From assembly GCA_964016885.1 (NCBI GenBank), contig OZ024745.1, positions 102,610,001 to 102,674,000 on the forward strand: a stretch of 64,000 bases of DNA, read 5' to 3'. This document shows positions 27,301 to 40,465 of the stretch, one piece after another. Each line of letters opens with the position of its first letter. Positions within the stretch are counted from its first letter, which is position 1. The notes under the pieces were generated by a model, which saw nothing but the letters and a program-made list of their open reading frames with translations, did not search any database and had not been told where the DNA came from. Both the position numbers and the translations under genes were made by a program. Source of the stretch: Eledone cirrhosa (lineage: Eukaryota).

Positions 27301-28675
27301 TGTTGTCCAACGTGACCGTTTAGGTCGCCACCAATAATTAAGTAGTCGTTGTTGGTTATTTGAGAGGTAGTGTGCATTAGCGTCTCATAGAACCTGTCCT
27401 TTATAACGTCAGGTAGACCAGATTGGGGTTCATAAGCGGATATTATTGTCACAGTAGTTCTATTTAGAACTAGTCTTATTTTAATTATTCTGTCATTCAC
27501 TCTATTTACGTCAATTACCTTATCTACCCATTTTGCAGCTAACATAATTCCTACACCACTCAGTCCATTGTCATTTCCCACCCAGAAAAGTTTATAGCAT
27601 CGTTTTTTACCCACGATGAATCTGGCAGACCCACCTCTCCACCTAGTCTCTTGAACACAACAAACATCAACATCTTTATGTTCAAGCATCTCTACAACCT
27701 CATTTGAGTGACCTTTCAATGTACCTATGTTCATGGTACCAACTCTGAAGTTGGGAGGGTGCGATGGATGGGTTGGAGGGGCAGGGTAGGGTGTGGGAGC
27801 TGGAATTATGTTCGTCATCTGTTTCTGAAATAAAGACGGGTCTTTGCATTTTCGTCCTGCAGCAGGAGGTGAATTTATCTTTATCTGTGACATTGTCATT
27901 GAGAGCTTAGACTTTCCAAATTCCGCAGTCCACCCATCAAACAGGTCTAAACTTAAGGAGTAGTAACCGAGGTGGTAGCTTTGCTATACTGATTTGTTAG
28001 AGAACTTACTATAAGCTGCTGAGTTATGGTTGGACCATATAGCAATGGTGGTGTGTGTGGTTGGGAGGGTGTGAAATGGGTAAATTTTGGAGAAGGTTAG
28101 TTTTTAGGGTGTGTCAAGAGAATGAGACATATTATTAAAAACATGTAAAATATTAATTGAAAATCCGAGAGAAAAATGGAAAATTTGAATTCTAGACTGG
28201 CATAAATAGAAGTTTTAAAGATTGCTTATTGAGTCAACTACGGGTAAAAGGAAAGAAGTGTTTTGTTTACATTCTCAAAATTGACATATCGTCCTTAAGA
28301 GAGATTAGATAGATAGATAAATTCTGTCCTTGGGAACCCATCGATCGGGGGAGGGGGGGGGGAGAAGGAGCAAAATGTTCACAAAGTTAGCGAGTGAGAT
28401 GCAGGAAGATTCTAGAATAATTAATTAATAATAATACTAGAAGGTTAGTTTTTAGGAAGGATCCAACAGAAAGAGACATATTATTATAAACATGTAAAAT
28501 ATTAATTGAAAATCCGAGAGAAAAATGGAGAATTTGAATTCTAGACCGGCATAAATAGAAGTTTAAAACACTGCTTATTGATTCAACTATGGTAAAAGTA
28601 AAGAAGTGTTTTGCTTACATTCTCAAAATGGACATATCATCCGTAAGAGAAATTAGAAAGATAGATAAATACTGT
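24348..28675 (-). mobile_element. Near full-length RTE-clade LINE, inactivated (APE + RT + Cys-rich finger)
   Basis: APE at 27899-~27050 (VGTMNIGTL, VCCVQETRWRG, GGDLNGHVG, NTNFKK). RT pieces at 26991-25600 (KGKGD..NYRGIKL, HQGSVLS, YADD at ~25675-25690), then CSVCRKGVGRNSILCPKCKLWVHKRCS and the thumb (SFCYLG, RRLRWYGHV). Frameshifts and stops split the ORF. 3' (GAT)n tail at 24348; the 5' limit is approximate. Confidence 0.92.
28091..28670. repeat. Two ~230-bp direct repeats (period ~350 bp) upstream of the RTE ORF
   Basis: agaaggttagtttttagg...gatagataaa at 28091-28321 and 28439-28670. Confidence 0.85.
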
Positions 28676-28694
28676 ATATATATATATGTATATA

Positions 28695-28890
28695 ACAAAG
28701 AGGGTGTGGTAAGATACCAAGTAGACCAATAACGCACCAGAGTACTCAATACTTAGGGTAGTAGAGTGGTTAATAGAAAAAGAATCAGGACCCCGATGGC
28801 TGAGCTCTGGCCATTTCGACAGCTTATCCGAGTTCGGATCTAGCTGTTAAAACAGGCAGAGCTGAGCCGTCAGAGTCCTGACTCTTTTCA
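28695..28890. mobile_element. Hairpin-ended non-autonomous element (second copy at 43120-43317) containing the 3' half of a hammerhead-like motif
   Basis: Same sequence at both loci, both (TA)n-bounded, each with a ~110-bp terminal palindrome. Confidence 0.7.
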
Positions 28891-29220
28891 TATATATATA
28901 AATGAAGTATTTCCGTAGGAAAGGTAAAGGAAAAGAGAGTGCTCTATGTAGGCTACAGAGCTTTTTAGTTATGAAATAAACAACATGAAATAATTATTTC
29001 ATTTACCAGTGGTTTCTTGTAGGCAGATACTTATGCCTGTCTTCATTCATCAGAAGAAATATTTATTTATGAAATAGTAATATAGATTTGAAAACAGAGT
29101 TTAGGATAAATGAAAGTGAGGCTGAAATAAAATAACGGGCAAAAAGCGAGGGGAAAAAATTATTTATAAATAAATACCCAAATACATAAACATACACATA
29201 CACAAACTCACGCATATACA

Positions 29221-29411
29221 TAATTGTTTCTACGTTAGGCACAAGGCCAGCAATTAACCAGTGTATTACTGGTACTTTATTTTATCGACCCCCATAAGGA
29301 TGAAAGGCAAAGTTAACCTTGGCGGGATTTGAACTCAGAATCGCAAGGGCCATAACTCTATGCATCAAAGCATGGCGTCCGACCCTCTAGCGATACTGCC
29401 AATCCACCGCC
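29221..29411 (-). mobile_element. SINE family A
   Basis: Reverse-complement full-length copy ending ...ctgccaatccaccgcc. Confidence 0.88.
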
Positions 29412-29627
29412 ATTCAACATATACATTCACGCATATACATAATAGTACGTAAACATATACACTCACACATAAGTATATGTGAGTTTGCATGGACATACAA
29501 ATACACACACACATGTGTGTGATCTTTCGCTCACATATGCGTACATACAGGCACACATTCACACACGTACTCAGTATTTATGTATAAATATATATACACG
29601 CACATCTCTCCATACATACATATATAA

Positions 29628-29716
<89 letters not shown>

Positions 29717-29881
29717 CACATACATACACACATACACATATATCTCTACTCATACACTCACATATATATATATACATATATATGAGTTTTGCAAGAAATG
29801 TCAACATGAATGGAACTCTTATTTTTATCTAAAGACATTTTTTCAATGTATTTTTTTCAATGTGTTTTATTTCTCATTCTC

Positions 29882-29917
29882 TCTTCTGATGAAGGACTAG
29901 CGTCTGAAACGTTAAGA
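29882..29917 (+). ncRNA. Minimal type-I hammerhead ribozyme motif (family H1)
   Basis: TCTT-CTGATGA-AGGACTAGCGTCT-GAA-ACGT-T-AAGA: stem I TCTT/AAGA, intact core, palindromic stem III ACGT, GUU triplet. Lies in a ~210-bp module (29790-30000) repeated at 58230-58440. Confidence 0.75.
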
Positions 29918-30187
29918 CCCTCTTCCAGCTATATAAAGCGTTAACCTAAAATATACCTTCCATATACTGTACCGATTGTGTTGTTATTTCTGTTTACGTT
30001 TTATATATATATATGAGAGACGAACAATAAAAAAATTATAAAATTAACTTACTCTCATATTATTTTACATCTCTCATATTATTGTTCTGCAACCCCATGC
30101 ATTGAACCACAAAGTTACTAAGACAAAACCTATATATTTGCTAGCATTGATATGCATCTGTATGTATATATATGTTACTAGATATTA

Positions 30188-30255
<68 letters not shown>

Positions 30256-31577
30256 CATATATACACATACATACACACATAATTATATCCACTCAGCACA
30301 TACAAACATGTGTAAACATACATATGCACATTTGCCTATACACGCACATATACACAGACATACATAAGTTCACGCGCGCACGCTTACACTTATGTGTGCT
30401 CATAGATGTAATCGTAAAGATATATATACACACACACACATAAATTCGGATACTAAAATGCGTGCACACATATAGGCATTATACTACATATGTACAATTA
30501 CAAGCGACGGTACTTATATATATATATATTTATTTAAACCTGTCAGAGTCAATACTTCTCCAGGTCTGAAAGAAAACAATTTCTTCCAATTAAAGATAGA
30601 AAAAGAAAGAGATAATGATATAAGGAAAGTCACCAGTACTAAATTGGTAATTTATTTCACAACACTAATAGGATGAAGAGCAAAGTTGACCGTAATGGGA
30701 TTTACACACAGACCAAAGAGTCAGAGCAAATACTACAAAGTATTCTATCTGATATTCTAATGACTCTTTCATTTCAGTGCCTTATATGTATATGTGGCTG
30801 TGTGCATTTGTGTTTGTGACTAGAAACATCATATTGAGCCTACTTATATCATATTTAGGGCAGGTTAGATGTTGGGAAATATGGATGATTCTAAGGTAGG
30901 GATTATGGAGGATGTTTTAGTTCTAATATAGACATTTAGTTCATGTTTGGCTTTGTTTTTACAAATGTATTATTTACAAGTTTGGAATTTGATGGTCTTA
31001 TCAACTAGATGTTTTGTTTATTGTAGGCTTTGGTTTCTGAGTGTATTATTTACTTGTAGGGCATTCAATAAATACTTTTTTTTTGTTCTAAGTATATCTA
31101 CATTCGGATTTATGTTTGACAGTCCTACTTGCTTATTTGCATATATATGTATATATATGCAAATAAGCAAGTAGGACTAAGCAAGTCAAACATAATATTC
31201 ACCAATCAATGTCAATAGTCAGGAAGCTTCTACAAAGGTCATGAGAATTTCTGTTTTTCTTCTGAAAAACTTTAAAAAAAACAATAGTAAATTTGGCCGA
31301 CTGAAGCCTTGTGAGCAAACCTGGTAGACGGAAACTGATGGAAACTGCAAGTAAGCCTGCCATATTATATATATATATAAGTTATTGCTCTAACCAGTCT
31401 ACTCACTCTCAACAACTACTCTATATATACATACACATATATTATGTATATACACTATAGTGATTCTTTGTTTAAACTTTAATCTGTTCTTATAATAAAT
31501 ATTTGCTCTATGGGTTTATATATATATTATATATATATAATCCTTATCGAGCCCTCTTCGGATTTATTATTACTATA

Positions 31578-31757
31578 AATTGGCAGTATCGGTAGAGGGT
31601 CAAACGCCATGCTTTCCAGCATAGTTACGTCCCTTTACGGTCTGAGTTCAAATTCCGTCGAGGTTAACTTTGCCTTTCATCCTTATGGGGTCAATAAAAT
31701 AAAGTACCCGTAATGTACTGGGTAATTGCTGGCTGTGTGCCAAAATTAGAAACAACT
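31578..31757 (+). mobile_element. SINE family A inserted in the left arm of the inverted repeat
   Basis: A/B boxes and core; absent from the right arm. Confidence 0.85.
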
Positions 31758-31932
31758 ATATATATATATATATATATATATTGTTATACTTTGGGAGGGT
31801 CATGTTGCCAATAATAAACACACACACCAGTTGCTTTTACTCCAATTTATTATAAATTAAATTATAAATTTAAAAATTTATAAATTTCCAGTTGGTTGGT
31901 TGTATCCACAACCGGACAGTTGTTCATATATT

Positions 31933-31975
31933 GTCCAAGTTTTTTCGTCACACATTCTGTGACCTATTCAGTGAT
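31933..31975 (-). ncRNA. Degenerate hammerhead motif (family H2, inverted copy)
   Basis: Minus strand ATCA-CTGAATA-GGTCACAGAATGTGTGAC-GAAAAAACTT-GGAC; G8 and stem III are mutated. Confidence 0.55.
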
Positions 31976-32114
31976 TGGGGATTCTTTTCTTTGTTTTGTG
32001 CCTCTCCTTTGTTCTGTCCTACGCCATCTTGTTTTTAAAAAAAAAACAAAAAAAAAAACAAGATGGCGTAGGACAGAACAAAGGAGAGGCACAAAACAAA
32101 GAAAAGAATCCCCA

Positions 32115-32157
32115 GTCACTGAAGAGGTCATAGAATGTGTGACGAAAGTACTTTGAC
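32115..32157 (+). ncRNA. Minimal type-I hammerhead ribozyme motif (family H2)
   Basis: GTCA-CTGAAGA-G-GTCATAGAATGTGTGAC-GAA-AGTACT-T-TGAC: perfect stem I GTCA/TGAC, stem II GTCA/TGAC, palindromic stem III AGTACT, CUU triplet. Confidence 0.8.
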
Positions 32158-33329
32158 AATATATAAACAACCGTCCGGTTGTGGAACCAACCAAAAACCG
32201 GAAATTTATAATTTAATTTATAATAAATTAGAGTGAATGCAACTGGTGCACGTATTTCTTATTGGCAACATGACCCTCCCAAAGTATAACAATATCGGTT
32301 TCAACACATGTTTTCAGATAAAGAATCTTGCTAAACAAATTCAGAAACGAAATATATATATATATATATAAAATATAGTAATAATAAATGTGAAGACTAA
32401 AATCCGAAGAGGGCTCGATAAGGATTATATATATATAATATATATATAAACGCATAGAGCAAATATTTATTATAAGAACAGATTAAAGTTTAAACAAAGA
32501 ATCACTATAGTGTATATACATAATATATGTGTATGTATATAAAGGATAGTTGTTGAGAGTGAGTAGATTGGTTGGAGCAATAACTGTTATTTACATATAT
32601 ATATATATATATTGTTATACTTGAAAACCACCATGTTCTGTTGTCTATATATATATATATATATGTATATATATACAATATGGCAGGCTTACTTGCAGTT
32701 TCCATCTACCAGGTTTGCTCACAAAGCTTCGGCCGCCCAATTACTATTGTTTTTTTTAAAGTTTTTCAGAAGAAAAACAGAAATTCTCATGACTTTTGTA
32801 GAAGCTTCCAGACTATTGACATTGATTGGTGAATATTATGTTTGAACATCTATAGATAAACAGTGGGTGGAAGGGAATCCAGATGGCTGTAGTTATGTGG
32901 AGGAAAACTTAAGAAATGTTCTCTGAAATTTTTACAAATGGAAGGAAAACATATTTTACACTATTATTATTGAAAAAAAATTTCTTAATAGATGTTGATA
33001 AATCATCATCGCCATTGTTCCATTCACCTTTTACATGCTGGTGTTGCAGATGCCAGTAGAATCAATTTTTCTCAACATGTTTACAGTATTAGGAAAACAA
33101 ACTGAAAACAGAAAGATGTGAACACCATTATTCTTGTTTGTTTTTTTAAATTTACAAAGTGGTTCTATTTTGTTTTCATTTTGCTTGGTTTCTAACTATA
33201 TATATTTTGCTTGGTTTCTAAATATATAGGTATATTTTTTAGTTTCTCCATAATTCCTATATGAATGCACCAATGAAATGATTCTGTTGTTGTTCATTAC
33301 CATGTTCTCTAAAAATGTTCTCTTATAAT

Positions 33330-33516
33330 TAATTGTTTCTGCTTTAGGCACAAGGCCAGCAATTACCCAGTACATTACTCGTACTTTATTTTATCGACCC
33401 CGTAAGGATGAAAGGCATAGTTAACCTCGGCGGGATTTGAACTCAGTGCGTAAAGGGACGTAACTATGCTAGAAAGCATGGCGTCCAACCCTCTACTGAT
33501 ATGCCAATTCACCGCC
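33330..33516 (-). mobile_element. SINE family A with TSD
   Basis: Full reverse-complement copy flanked by atgttctcttataattaat. Confidence 0.9.
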
Positions 33517-33585
33517 ATGTTCTCTTATAATTAATGGCATCTCATCCATGACCAGGAATTTCCTTTTGCTTATAAGGCACTAGAC

Positions 33586-33790
33586 CAGGCATGTCAAATT
33601 GAGGATCTCCCGAGAGTCACATGGGTCGCACATGTGTTGTCTGAGGGTCACACACAACAACTAATTGTGCACATTACAACTAATATTTTTATTTTATATT
33701 ACGCTAGCACTGTAAAAACCCTTTTGCAGGCTGCAGGTGTGTTTGTAAAGGGCTGCATGCAGCCCACAGGCCACATGTCTGACATGCCCA
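33586..33790. mobile_element. hAT (Charlie-like) MITE
   Basis: TIRs CAGGCATGTCA / TGACATGCCCA and an exact 8-bp TSD CACTAGAC (33578-33585, 33791-33798). Confidence 0.85.
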
Positions 33791-36700
33791 CACTAGACTG
33801 TTCACTGTATACTCCTTTATTTAAAATGATTAGGATTGTGATCTGAGAGAAATGTGGCTACTATTTTTAATAAGTTTACTGAACATACAGAGGCTCACTC
33901 ATAGATTTTATAAAGGTGTATATATCAATGTTACTTCCATAGCACTCAGCAGTGTTTCTTTTTCATGTATATCTTATTCAAACAATTTAGTCATATTTCC
34001 TTAAAATTAACTAATTCCTTTATTTAGTTATCTAGAGGGTCTTTCTTTTCAATATTTCTAATGATTCCAGACTGTAGTCATTATTTATGTTTTACTTCAG
34101 CAGTTGGATCATGCCTGAAGTTGTGCTTTGGGGTGCATGTAAATGTTTGATATAAAGTGCTCAGTGGTAAGATGAATTAGGAAGCTGTTATTAGCTTCAG
34201 CCATTCAGGGAATTGTTTAGGAATAATTTTAGCATTTAAGTAGTTAGATTTGAGGGAGAACCATGATATTTTTATAATCATGGCATCTAATATTTAAAGC
34301 AATAATATTATTGAAGGATTAACTGACTTAGGTATAGTTGGAGCACACAAAAGGTATGAGATATGCATGGAAAATGAAGAGAATTCTTCAGAATCTGACT
34401 CTGGTGATGATGTATCACTGATGAATTTAAAAATATATTTTTTTACAGAAAATAAATGTGTTCATGTTTTTATTCATATTCTATAAACATTGAATTATTT
34501 CTGTAGGTATAAAAATAGGTAACATTGAATTATTTCTGTAGGTATAATGAATTGCTTGCAATATCCTTTCGGAAATTCAGTTTGGAAACTTCCTTGAAAA
34601 TTTCATGCATTTATCTTTATTATTTATAAAATAAAGAAAGCATTATTTATAAACTTAGAGCAATTTTTGTACATGCATGTTAAATAACTATCAATTTTCA
34701 CTATTGAGCTTAGGGAATTAGTGTCATATAGATCCACCAGGGAGGAGAGAGAAACTCCATATGAAACTACATTATCAAGACATGCTTATAACAGCAGCAT
34801 GCTTGCATCACATTGAAAATTAATCTTTTTAGTTTTCTGCAAATTTTCCCAGCATTCTGTCCACTGGTAATGATAATTATAAACATTCGTATTAACAATC
34901 CAATTTTTTTTATCATCTGCTAAATCATAACAGGATGTTAAAAGTTAATGAGGTTTTAACTATATGTTTTATGGCACAATATTGAATGGAAATAACTAGA
35001 TGTTCGCAGAACCTGTGCAGAATCGTAATGTAGGATCTCAAGATCTTGAACCTCACTGAGTATATTACAAAGGAACAAAATGAATGGAGGGAAGCTAAGC
35101 TGGAAAAGACCCATCTAACCAACTTAAAAAGTATTAGGATTATAAAGGTCCATTTAATTATATTGATAACAAACCACCTAAAACTGATTTTGGTCTAGAA
35201 ATGCAAAATTTTGTTTGAAAATGCTTCTATTTATCTAAAAATATTCCATCATAATTTTATGTAAGAGACTTATTCAAGTTATGTTTCAAACATCCATTTA
35301 ATAACGAAATATTATTTGCAAATCATAGGTACAATAATTACAGTAATGAAAATGTTAAAGAAAAAACAGCATTTTACATCTAGGGCACATGTTTGCATGG
35401 ATTTTATGCTTACTTTCCCTGTAACTACCCAGTAGAGCCTTAATTTTTTCTATTTAATTAAGGCAAACTGGAAGGCAGCAGATTGGCAGAATCGTTAGTG
35501 TTGAACAAAATATTTTTCAGCATTTAATTATATTCTGAGTTCAACTCCTGCCAAAGTCAACATTGCTTTTCATCCTTCTGAGGTCAATAAAATAAAATAC
35601 AATAAAATGCACTGAGGTTAATATAATTGGCTTTCCCTTCCCCTCAAATTGTTAGCCTAGCACCTCAAATTTAGAAATCAATTTAATCAAACGAGAGTCA
35701 GCAGAGTTAGATCCTTTTTCAGGGGACAATGCTATCCTAGTTATAAAATCTGAATTTATGATCATATAGTCAGTATCCTTCTTCTTCACCCACTTATTCC
35801 CGAGAGGGTCATGGGGGCAGAGTCCTCAAACACTCCCTCCAGCAGGTCCTGTCAAAAGCAAACACCTCCAACTAATCTAGCTGGATCCCCAAGCAAGATC
35901 AGCCAAGTTTATGGATGTTATCCAACCATCTTGCTCGGGGTCTACCCCTGGGTCTCCTGCTGGTTGGTTATGCCCATAAAATCTGTCCAGTGATTCTTTC
36001 TTGAGACATTCTAACCACATGCCCTTAGTATCTTAACATTTTAATTTCATAAGTATTGAGCTACTTATTAGCATAATGTTTTATGTCTATGATAGACTTA
36101 AATTATTCCAAGCAAACAACACATAAGATTAATGTTTTTAATTCAAGAGATATTAACCATCTTTTATAGCAACTATACCAATTAGTTAGCTGCACACTAC
36201 TTCACCCAAACATACTGCTCCTGAGAAGTGGAAATGATACTGTGGTTGTTATGAAATAAAGCATCTTTTTTAATAAGCATTTAGAATTTCATTGAAACAC
36301 ATATACATGGCTAATAGGTGGGAACATTAGCAGAGTCATTAAGGTTCCAGAATACCTTGTGGTATTTGCCTTTCATTGTTTCAAGGTCAATAAAATAAAG
36401 TACCCATCTATAATATTTGATTGGTGGAATTGTTAGAGTATCAGATAAGATTCCTTGAACTATCTATTCCAATAGCTCCTGTTCTGAGTTTGAATTCCAC
36501 CTAGGTGTTCAAATCCAATTGTTAGTCAGGGCTAATCATCCGATCAAGGGATCACAACTAATTATCAAAATTGCAATGGATGACAGGGGAAGGATAGTTG
36601 CCATTGACTACTGCATTCAACGAATGATGGTGAAAGCGCCAACAAGGGAGCCTGTACCTAGTAGCTCACCATGGAAAAAATAGTAGCCAAATATTTCAAA

Positions 36701-36999
36701 TTTCATTGTACTGACTTTGGATTATGTAATCACAGGTACATTATATGTGAAAAGAAAAATGTTAGATATTGCTGGAATAAGCTGAATTATAGGTCGGCTC
36801 AATCCATACTGATCTAAAGAGAAATAACAACAGATACAGTTTATGAAATTGCACCATAAACCCAGTTCAGAAAATATCTTCTACATTAATATAAGATTTA
36901 TTCTATAAAAAAAGGTTTTGTGCTTCATTAATTCTCATATATTATACATTGTATTTCTGTTGATATTTATTCTCCCAATCTTTAAATGTTTTGTCATTG

Positions 37000-37165
37000 A
37001 AACTGTAGTGGTGGAAAATTCTGGTGTTCTTAGCCCACATACTACCTCTTTACTTCATTGCTATCAGGCCAGAATTAGCCACTCGTAGGAGTGATCTCTG
37101 CGAGTTTGAGTGGCTATTTCAACATATCTCCCTTGCCATCCTCTGAGACAATGTGTTCTCCAAAT
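37000..37165 (+). mobile_element. CRE-like LINE RLE C-terminal fragment
   Basis: TVVVENSGVLSPHTTSLL / RPELATRRSDLCEFEWLFQHISLAIL*DN (frameshifted); resembles the AVET.G..GP....FL.......GD.RE...LFQR.S.A..RGN pattern. Confidence 0.6.
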
Positions 37166-37977
37166 TGTATGATGGAACCACAAGGCAGTTTGCATTGGGG
37201 GTTGTGCATGTAAAAGAGTATTCTCTGATACTGTCTGAGTTTGTATCATTGGTGTTGTGTCTGTACACATACACACACCAAATACACTAACAACAACAAC
37301 AACAACAACAACACACGCATAACTATATTAGAACTAGAGTTGAATTTAATATAGAACAATCCCATTTTACAGACGAAATTAATATCAAAAATGCTGATCA
37401 GATTTCAGATTTCCTGTTATTTTTCCCTCCTGGGCATTGAAGATGAAGAATAAATGATATTTTATTTTATATTAATTTTTGTTTTCTCCAAAAATAGTAA
37501 TAAGATAATAATTTTGTTGATATGATGAATTAAATTCATTTCCTTATATAAATATTTACTCAGCCATTCAAAGCAGGTGTCTAGTTTAACTACATATAAT
37601 ACGTTCCTTTTTCATTCATTTCAAGAACTATTTTCAGTTTTATATCTTATTAATGTGTTACCTGTCATAAGACAGGTTATTTTTTAGTGCACTTTTACCA
37701 CTATAGGTAATATCAGGTAATGTTACATGGGAAAGATAATAATAATTTTTGGTACTTATACAAAATAATGAAATAAATACTAATTTTCAAAATAGAAATA
37801 GTTAATTATTAAAAAAAAAATACATAAAGCATTTTAAAAAATATATTTGGAATACATACATGTAAACAATAGAACAAATGCTGTAATACTCTGATAATAA
37901 AGTGTTTTGGGTGGTCACCGATCTATCTGGCTTGTCTGTCTACCAGCATATCATAAAAAATTATACATCTCATATGT

Positions 37978-38053
37978 ATTTTGTCTGAAGAGGACCTATT
38001 TTAGTTTATGTTATATATAAAACTTTACATCTTCGAAATATATATAATGAAAT
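37978..38053 (+). ncRNA. Type-I hammerhead-like motif (family H3)
   Basis: ATTTTGT-CTGAAGA-GGA...TTC-GAA-ATATATAT-A-ATGAAAT followed by AATAAA. Stem I 7 bp with 2 GU pairs, palindromic stem III, weak AT-rich stem II. Confidence 0.55.
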
Positions 38054-38110
38054 AAATAGAGATGATATAAAGTATATATCTCTCATTTATTACTATTTTA
38101 TATATATATA

Positions 38111-38306
38111 TCATCATCATCATTTTACGTCCGCTTTTCCCTGCTTGCAAGGGTGGGATGGGAACTGATTCTGGCTTGATTTCTACAGCTGGATGCCCTT
38201 CCTAACACCAACCTTATTTACAGTGATTGTTGGGTGCTTTTTTTCCATTGCACCTACACGTCAACTTTACCTTGTGAGCTGGGTGCTTTTTTGCCGTGGC
38301 ACCTCC
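38111..38306 (-). mobile_element. RTE-tailed SINE family B, 5'-truncated
   Basis: catcatcattttacgtccgcttttccctgcttgcaaggg...ggatgcccttcctaacacc; same as 62645-62986. Confidence 0.85.
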
Positions 38307-38459
38307 ATAATAAAATTTAATTGATCAAAAGAACATCTATTTTATTAATATTTGTATTTTAATATTAATAACTATGGAAAATATTTTACTGTACAGTGCT
38401 TCCAATCTACTGTAAAACTTATTCTTTGATGTACTCATTGAATCTTGTTTAACTCTTTA

Positions 38460-40465
38460 ATATATATATAAGTGAGATGTACACATATATATAAATATAC
38501 ACATACATATATATATATAGAGAGAGAGACCCATATATACATACATACACAAACACATATGCATACATACACACCCACATACACACACATATTCATACAC
38601 AGCTATATATATATATACATATATATAGACACACCCACATATGTACACACATCTACATGCATGCACACACACACACATATAAACTCACGCAAATACGTAC
38701 ACATGCACACATACACCCCCCCCTACACACATACACATGCATATATATATATCTACATACATACACACACACATACATATGCACAGGTCTACACATAAAC
38801 ACATATAAACACAATAAGATAATAAAATAAAATAAATAAATAAATTTACAATATGTTAAAATACATTAAAATCTGTTTATAACTTCACAAAGAGATTATT
38901 AAAAAAAGGGGGGAGGTAAAGGAGGAGGTACGTGTATCCATGTGATATACTACACACAGGCAGTATGAGGTGCAAACTTAGGTCCGTGTATGGAACAAGC
39001 AACAATAACAAAACAATAATAACAGTAATAATAATTGTTCCAAAGTTGACCATGTGGAGAGTATATATTCACGATTGACGGGGTACACATTCAAGGGGAC
39101 GCTTGGCCCGGTCACCTTGGGATATGCCACTGTGGTTGGGGTGTGCTGTTCTATATGTTTGGGGTATTTGACTGGACAACCGTGGACTCCGTGTTAGTCG
39201 GTCCCGGCATAGGCGATGTACCTGCCCAAAGTTGCGTGTGTTGGTCCGGTGTGCACCTTGGTTTATTTAGGTTTGCCACACGGGGCGTACAATGTCATCA
39301 GGCTATGGTGTCAGGTCCCTTAATCCCGTTGGGCCGCTCGGGTCTGTGCGTACTCCGTCCAATGCCTTGGTCTGTGGTACCCGGAGGATTCCATGATGCA
39401 AATGTGCATCCTCGTGTAGGCATATATATATATATATATGCCTATACGAGTCCATGGAGATAGTCAGACTGAAAGATGACGCGGTCAACCTGAAGTCTGA
39501 AATTATCATGACCTGCAGACACCAGGGAAGATACACATTTGCAGCATGGAATCCTCCGGGTACCACAGGCCAAGGGCATTGGACGGAGTACGCACAGACC
39601 CGAGCGGCCCAACGGGATTAAGCGACCTGACACCATAGCCTGATGACATTGTACGCCCCGTGTGGCAAACCTAAATAAACCAAGGTGCACACCAGACCGA
39701 CACACGCAACTTTGGGCAGGTACATCGCCTATGCCGAGACCGACTAACACGGAGTCCACGGTCGTCCAGTCAAATACCCCAAACATATAGAACAGCACAC
39801 CCCAACCACAGTGGCATACCCCAAGGTGACCAGGCCAAGCGTCCCCTTGAGTGTGTACCCCGTCAATCGTGAATATATACTCTCCACATGGTCAACTTTG
39901 GAACAATTATTATTACTGTTATTATTGTTTTGTTATTGTTGCTTGTTCCATACACGGACCTAAGTTTGCACCTCATACTACCCGTGTGTAGTATATCACA
40001 TGGATACACGTACCTTCTCCTTTACCTCCCCCCTTTTTTTATTTATCTCTTTGTGAAGTTATAAACAGATTTTAATGTATTTTAAGATATTGTAAATTTA
40101 TTTATTTATTTTATTTTATTATCTTATTGTGTTTATATGTGTGTTTATGTGTAGACCTGTGCATATGTATATGTATGTGTGCGTGTATGTAGATATATAT
40201 ATATACGTGTGTGGGTGGGTGGGGTGTATGTGTGCATGTGTACATATTTGCGTGAGTTTATACGTGTGTGTGTGTATGCATGTACATGTGTGTACATATG
40301 TGGGGGTGTCTATATATATGTATATATATATAGCTGTGTATGAATATGTGTGTGTATGTGGGTGCGTATGTATGTATATGTGTGTGTGTGTGTGTATGTA
40401 TGTATATATAGGTCTCTATATATATATATGTATTTGTATATGTATATATATGAGTACATCTCACA
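38460..40465. repeat. ~2-kb fold-back inverted repeat centred on a (TA)n run at 39422-39439
   Basis: 38800-39410 is the reverse complement of 39530-40140 with few mismatches (mirror ORFs 39143+ and 39798-), extending into degenerate CA/TG tracts. Centre ctcgtgtaggc(AT)n-gcctatacgag; the right arm has ~75 extra bp. Confidence 0.92.

Larger units (their letters stand above)
31185..32846. repeat. ~1.65-kb compound inverted repeat centred on the A-tract at ~32050
   Basis: 31185-31365 is the reverse complement of 32677-32846; 31380-31570 of 32395-32585; 31780-32035 of 32055-32293. Confidence 0.9.

Noticed and set aside
32400-32475. Possible further hammerhead (CCGAAGA-GGGCTC...GAGC-AAATATTT)
   Set aside because: The GAAA core is incomplete and stem I is unconvincing.
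34030-34430. Possible pogo/Tigger transposase remnant (LQQLD, acidic tail)
   Set aside because: Too degenerate to support by eye.
39638-39675. CTGATGA as a hammerhead core
   Set aside because: No correctly placed GAAA or stems.
39143-39798. Pair of near-identical ORFs (MLFYMFGVFDW...) as duplicated genes
   Set aside because: Mirror products of the inverted repeat; non-ATG starts and no recognisable domain.
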